Source: a virus
Taxonomy: Duplodnaviria > Caudoviricetes
Length of the DNA: 60,036 nt
Direction: 5' to 3' (one strand)
IMG/VR virus record: IMGVR_UViG_3300033407_000012
Coordinates: 1-60,036 of that record
Below are positions 56,270 through 60,036 of this stretch, in pieces. The notes under the pieces are model-generated. The model did no database searches and was not told the origin of the DNA. It was given only the letters and a program-made list of their open reading frames with translations. The translations under genes and the position numbers were made by a program. How positions within the stretch are numbered: position 1 is the stretch's first letter; the number at the start of each line of letters is the position of its first letter.

Positions 56270-56850
56270 GGGTCTTCCTTTTCTGCGAACTCTGGTCCGC
56301 AATATTTTGAATGGGGAATGCACAAGTTCGTAGCTATGACGGGAGGATGACCATCTTCTTCAAAATTGCCATGCTGCACATCAGAAAACTCATCCGCGCA
56401 CCACTGATAGTCAGCGGAAAACCGAAACTGAAAGATAACGGCGTACTCATCAACATCTGGCGTGAGACTTTGATAAGCTATTCTTTCGCCGTTAGGCCCT
56501 TGGTAGTTGCGCGTATTGGCCAGCAAGGTGTTGCGGATTGCTGCGTAGTCGTAAAAAGACCAAAATGGTGTTTCCGAATTATCATTCCGCTTATAGCGAA
56601 GAGGATCGAGCATGAACTCTATCACGAACGTGTCCGTAAGGTTCAGCGTCTTTTTGCGGGATGAATTAGGCTCATTACTGATTCCGCCTGTGAACGCCAC
56701 CATAACCAAGGGCAGAGTTCCGATATTTGTTTTAGTAAGGACAGCCTCGGACACAGCCAGCGACCGGCCACCTAATTCAGGAAACCAAATGGCCACCTGC
56801 TTTGCAAGGTCCGGAAGAAAAGGCTCATATCCGTTATCTAGCTGCTCCAC
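56260..56850 (-). CDS. Probable tail terminator
   Basis: Position before the sheath; size. Confidence 0.6.
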   Translation of the reverse strand: MEQLDNGYEPFLPDLAKQVAIWFPELGGRSLAVSEAVLTKTNIGTLPLVMVAFTGGISNEPNSSRKKTLNLTDTFVIEFMLDPLRYKRNDNSETPFWSFYDYAAIRNTLLANTRNYQGPNGERIAYQSLTPDVDEYAVIFQFRFSADYQWCADEFSDVQHGNFEEDGHPPVIATNLCIPHSKYCGPEFAEKEDPCP

Positions 56851-57227
56851 TCAACCCACCCGCTTAAACTACTTCTGGCCTGCTCGACACCCGCTTTCAA
56901 AGCATCGTCTGACATCTTGCGCCGAGCCATCCGCCGAGTTCCGCTGCGCAAATAAATCGCATGTGCAGCGGAAGTTCCGATGTCTACCCGACGCATACTT
57001 GCCTTAGACCTGATTGATCCCAGCAATGAACCGGACTGACTTGCAGGGTATTCCCCCGGCGATGACGCTTGTCGTACACGACCCCTGCGACCACTATGGC
57101 CACCCAGCATCCCCGAACGAAATGCAGCTTCTGATCCTGTAGCAACGCGCTGCATGAAACTTAGCACACGATCATCCCGCTTTCTAGCAGAAAATTTGCG
57201 CCAAGGGGTAAAGATCAGCGTAAACAT
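56838..57227 (-). CDS. HK97 gp10-like tail completion protein
   Basis: AS.PGE.PA..SG.L..SI; A.YL..GT..M..R. Confidence 0.8.
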   Translation of the reverse strand: MFTLIFTPWRKFSARKRDDRVLSFMQRVATGSEAAFRSGMLGGHSGRRGRVRQASSPGEYPASQSGSLLGSIRSKASMRRVDIGTSAAHAIYLRSGTRRMARRKMSDDALKAGVEQARSSLSGWVEWSS

Positions 57228-57673
57228 TACAGTTTCACCCCCTGTGGCAACGGGGAGCCTATGAGCGGGTTTTTCTCAGGGGATGATGGTCGTGTTACAA
57301 GGTCGCCGCGTTCTATGAGCATGACATCGGATATAAAAAATAGGCCACACTCTGAATACTCGACGCCACCTATAATCTTAAACCATCTAGGCGGGGAAAG
57401 TCGACGGTTCTCAAAGAACCATGCTGCTGACGATATGTCCACGTCTGCACGATATCTTGTAACAATGATGTGAGTTCTTGATGCTTTGGGCTCTTGAATG
57501 GCGTAACCCGACACACCGAACTGCGTTGCTCTTTTAGGCAGGATTTCAGCCCACGTAGAAAATATTCCTTCACGGGATAGGCTCATCATTCCGTCTTGCG
57601 TAACTACGTCATGCATAGAGCACATAGTAACGAAATGCTTTAGCTTACTGATTGAGGGAGCAGTGTACGCCAT
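57227..57673 (-). CDS. Head-closure/head-tail adaptor
   Basis: L...VT; WA.I.P; TH.I..RYR.D. Confidence 0.75.
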   Translation of the reverse strand: MAYTAPSISKLKHFVTMCSMHDVVTQDGMMSLSREGIFSTWAEILPKRATQFGVSGYAIQEPKASRTHIIVTRYRADVDISSAAWFFENRRLSPPRWFKIIGGVEYSECGLFFISDVMLIERGDLVTRPSSPEKNPLIGSPLPQGVKL

Positions 57674-57678
57674 AACTG

Positions 57679-58389
57679 TTAAACTGCCTCATCATTATAC
57701 TGCCGCCACAACTCAAGAGCACCGGAGGCCCATGCCGCGTTATTTGTCCCTGTCAAACCGGCTTCAGCAATAGATCTGCGATTGCGTACTGTCATGATTT
57801 CATCGCCAGGATTCATAACGTTCCACGCGATAAACTTTAGCATGCCGACTAGCACACCGCCTTGAACACTTTCCACGGAATCATAGCCAGCATAGTACAT
57901 GATCCGGGACTGGTTAGTATTTCCGCCGTTGCCACAGGGGTTACAGCAGTCCATACCGGCGAGAAGACTGTTTGGATCGTGGTGGGGCGCTTGGATCTTT
58001 TTACTGCCTATCTTACCCTGAAGCAGCATAGGGGAGGTCATGCCATACAGGTAGGCCTCTGATCTGGCCAGCGCATACTTAGTCCTGATGGTGTTGTGCC
58101 GATGCACATTAATCCCACCTCCGATACGAGGTCTTGGCAAATCAAGATACTCAGTCAGGAGCTGAAGCGGTCCGAGGTAAAGGGACGTGTACTGCATCGC
58201 CGCTTCGAAAGCGGATTTTCGATACAAACGCAATTGCTCGTCCGTAACAACAGGAATATCAGCTGTTTTGGTGTGGACACGGACTACCTCAAGTGGCAGC
58301 AACTCTTCAAGTGGAAAAAACTTCGGCGATGCTTCGGCAGCAAGGCCAATTCGGTCTTCAATAGGCGCTACACCCGCAATTTCTCGCAT
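57679..58389 (-). CDS. Head-tail connector (neck 1)
   Basis: L..V..H......D..L..Y..A.EA..YT; Y.AGY. Confidence 0.75.
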   Translation of the reverse strand: MREIAGVAPIEDRIGLAAEASPKFFPLEELLPLEVVRVHTKTADIPVVTDEQLRLYRKSAFEAAMQYTSLYLGPLQLLTEYLDLPRPRIGGGINVHRHNTIRTKYALARSEAYLYGMTSPMLLQGKIGSKKIQAPHHDPNSLLAGMDCCNPCGNGGNTNQSRIMYYAGYDSVESVQGGVLVGMLKFIAWNVMNPGDEIMTVRNRRSIAEAGLTGTNNAAWASGALELWRQYNDEAV

Positions 58390-58392
58390 GAA

Positions 58393-59112
58393 TTAGCACT
58401 TTCCGGGGATAAAATCAAAGCACGAAATGTGATCAAAGCAGACAAGATCGCAGTTCAAGGCGCGAGCTTTTATGTGCAGCCTGTAGATTTCGCAACTCCG
58501 GGCTAGGTTAGTCATTGTTACCGGAATCGAGATCTGCTGGAGATTAGCATCAACCACTATTTTGGCGGTATTGACTTCGATGGGAAGATCGAAATTTTTT
58601 GCTGGCATTGCTGCCTCGCTAACCCAAATCAGGACTTGTCGGGTTACTGAACGACCACTGTCATCCGTTTGCTTAAACCAGAATTCGTCCCAGCCTGTGA
58701 AGCCTTGATTTGGCGTGTAGGTAAACTGTCCTGCACCATCGTTGGTCAGAACGCCGTAATACGGACCGGACAAGGGAACTTTGCTATAAGTGAAATCACC
58801 ACCCGCCGGAGTGGCGTCAACTGTGAGATCGATAACAAGCGGAGCGTTAGGATCAGTGGTTACCTTTTTGGCAGTGTTAAGCGGAGCAGGGTCTTCGCCG
58901 GTTGTAGGCGGGCAACCGACAGAATTTATCTCAAGCTCTACACTGGGATCACAACGCAAGCCATGACCACCAATTGGAACGGACCACGGTGCATAGTTCA
59001 AAACAAGTAGATTAGTTTCGCCAGGACGCATATGAATGGTGTGGCAGCAGCAAGTAGAGCATGCTGCAAGGTTTGCCCCGTTATCGCGACCGTCTAGAGT
59101 AATGTGGATCAT
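58393..59112 (-). CDS. Cys-rich Ig-like virion protein (collar-like)
   Basis: CxxCCC N-terminus; P..G.L......FTYTP..GF.G.D.F cadherin-like motif. Confidence 0.65.
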   Translation of the reverse strand: MIHITLDGRDNGANLAACSTCCCHTIHMRPGETNLLVLNYAPWSVPIGGHGLRCDPSVELEINSVGCPPTTGEDPAPLNTAKKVTTDPNAPLVIDLTVDATPAGGDFTYSKVPLSGPYYGVLTNDGAGQFTYTPNQGFTGWDEFWFKQTDDSGRSVTRQVLIWVSEAAMPAKNFDLPIEVNTAKIVVDANLQQISIPVTMTNLARSCEIYRLHIKARALNCDLVCFDHISCFDFIPGKC

Positions 59113-59192
59113 GTCGGCGTCCTAGAGATGGTGTAGGGCACAACCGGAGCCATTACAGCTCCGGTCTTATTGCTGGTCGTTATTCCGATTGA

Positions 59193-59282
59193 TTAGACCG
59201 GGATAGCGCAAGTGAAGCACGGTGGCGACACGAGGCGAACCGGAGTAGCAGTGGAACACGGGGCGACACAAACGAGGTTCAT
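59193..59282 (-). CDS. 29-aa Cys-rich capsid linking-protein-like peptide (not in ORF track)
   Basis: MNLVCVAPCSTATPVRLVSPPCFTCAIPV; AAGGA RBS; downstream hairpin at 59143-59165. Confidence 0.7.
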   Translation of the reverse strand: MNLVCVAPCSTATPVRLVSPPCFTCAIPV

Positions 59283-59327
59283 GGGGAGGTCCTTTCTTGT
59301 TTAAGTTTAATCCCGAGCAATCGTACC

Positions 59328-59885
59328 TTACTTGGGATCAGCAGCCTTTTTGGTTGCATCTTTGCCGTTAGTTTCGCTAGCGACAATCTCTGGCACTTTG
59401 GTAGAATCAGCCGGTTTTTCCGAGACAACAGCAGTCTTGGCTTCGGGAGCAGTCCATTTCGGGGCGGAGGCAGGTGCCGAGGCACTTTCCTTTGTCACTG
59501 TTGCCACAGGGGGCACTGTCGGTGCTTTGGTAGGCTCAGGCGGCTTGGTCGGTGCGGGTGCTGGCGTGGCCTGTTCCTTGGCGGGGGCGGTAGTTTCAGC
59601 AGCGTTTGCGACATCAACTGCGGCATTGTACGCATCAAGCTGATCACCGGTGATTCCCGAGGCGTAGCCGAGTAGCACAAGGCTTCTGGCGTTAGCCTGC
59701 GGCAAGATTGCTAGCGGAGACGCGGCGGGCCATTCGACACGATTAACTTGGCTCATAACGGACGTTTTGTACGTGAACCACGCCATGTCGTCCTTGACAC
59801 CGGAACGGACTCGCATAGCTACAGCGAACAGGCCGGATGGTGTTTCACATGCGCCGTCAGAGCGGCGCGTCAATTTCTCAAACAT
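59328..59885 (-). CDS. Hypothetical late protein with P/A/T/K-rich tail
   Basis: AAGGA RBS; low-complexity C-terminal half. Confidence 0.7.
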   Translation of the reverse strand: MFEKLTRRSDGACETPSGLFAVAMRVRSGVKDDMAWFTYKTSVMSQVNRVEWPAASPLAILPQANARSLVLLGYASGITGDQLDAYNAAVDVANAAETTAPAKEQATPAPAPTKPPEPTKAPTVPPVATVTKESASAPASAPKWTAPEAKTAVVSEKPADSTKVPEIVASETNGKDATKKAADPK

Positions 59886-60036
59886 GTTGTGTCCTTTGCC
59901 CTTGTTTCTTCAACCAAGCAAATCGGCGAAAGAACTGTTTGATCGCCAGAAGTGCAGCTACGGCCCGTCTAGACCGTCGTGTAACGCGAACCTTAACCTC
60001 CACGTCATCGTGATAGTCTTTTTCCTGCTGGATCAT
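59878..60036 (-). CDS. Hypothetical ORF, possibly truncated by the window edge
   Basis: MIQQEKDYHDD... open to TGA overlapping the next start. Confidence 0.4.
   Translation of the reverse strand: MIQQEKDYHDDVEVKVRVTRRSRRAVAALLAIKQFFRRFAWLKKQGQRTQHV

Larger units (their letters stand above)
6193..59511. repeat. Genome-wide 11-bp motif TTGCCACAGGG, 26 exact copies
   Basis: Plus strand: 6193, 11282, 13463, 17130, 18959, 26706, 28980, 33141, 35768, 40371, 42715, 47148, 51608, 54002, 57929, 59501. Minus strand: 7544, 10408, 15000, 19251, 31386, 35481, 36996, 42689, 50847, 57240. Confidence 0.97.

Noticed and set aside
6193-59511. 11-mer as a classical stoperator or as an amino-acid artefact
   Set aside because: Orientation is 13:13 to transcription, no repressor-integrase module is seen, and the motif occurs in four reading frames and in intergenic DNA
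1-60036. tRNA/rRNA genes, integrase, transposase
   Set aside because: None recognised by eye; tRNAscan-SE and HMM searches would be needed to exclude them

Overview
About 60 kb of a lytic-looking tailed dsDNA phage with a contractile tail and a likely alphaproteobacterial host. Gene order and Cys-rich virion proteins recall the Agrobacterium phage 7-7-1/Milano type, but this is recalled similarity, not a database search. Left to right: (1) small early-gene cassettes with sigma70 promoters, a shared GAAAGGTTAC start motif and 18-bp palindromes (1-4 kb); (2) a repeat-rich non-coding zone with a perfect parS and iteron-like repeats (3.3-5.9 kb); (3) paralogous accessory genes (6-12 kb); (4) primase-helicase, a recombination/replication block and an intein-bearing helicase; (5) a 7-deazaguanine DNA-modification set (queE, intein-bearing queC, queD, folE, dpdA-like, yhhQ); (6) clamp, PolA, ligase and DHFR; (7) on the minus strand, lysis, fibre, Mu-like baseplate, tail and neck genes. 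Terminase, portal and capsid are not in the window. The strongest unexplained signal is the asymmetric 11-mer TTGCCACAGGG. I counted 26 exact copies by eye (about 0.03 expected). They lie mostly inside genes, in four reading frames, with no orientation bias to transcription, suggesting an undescribed genome-wide binding-site system. All calls come from motif recognition; no searches were run.
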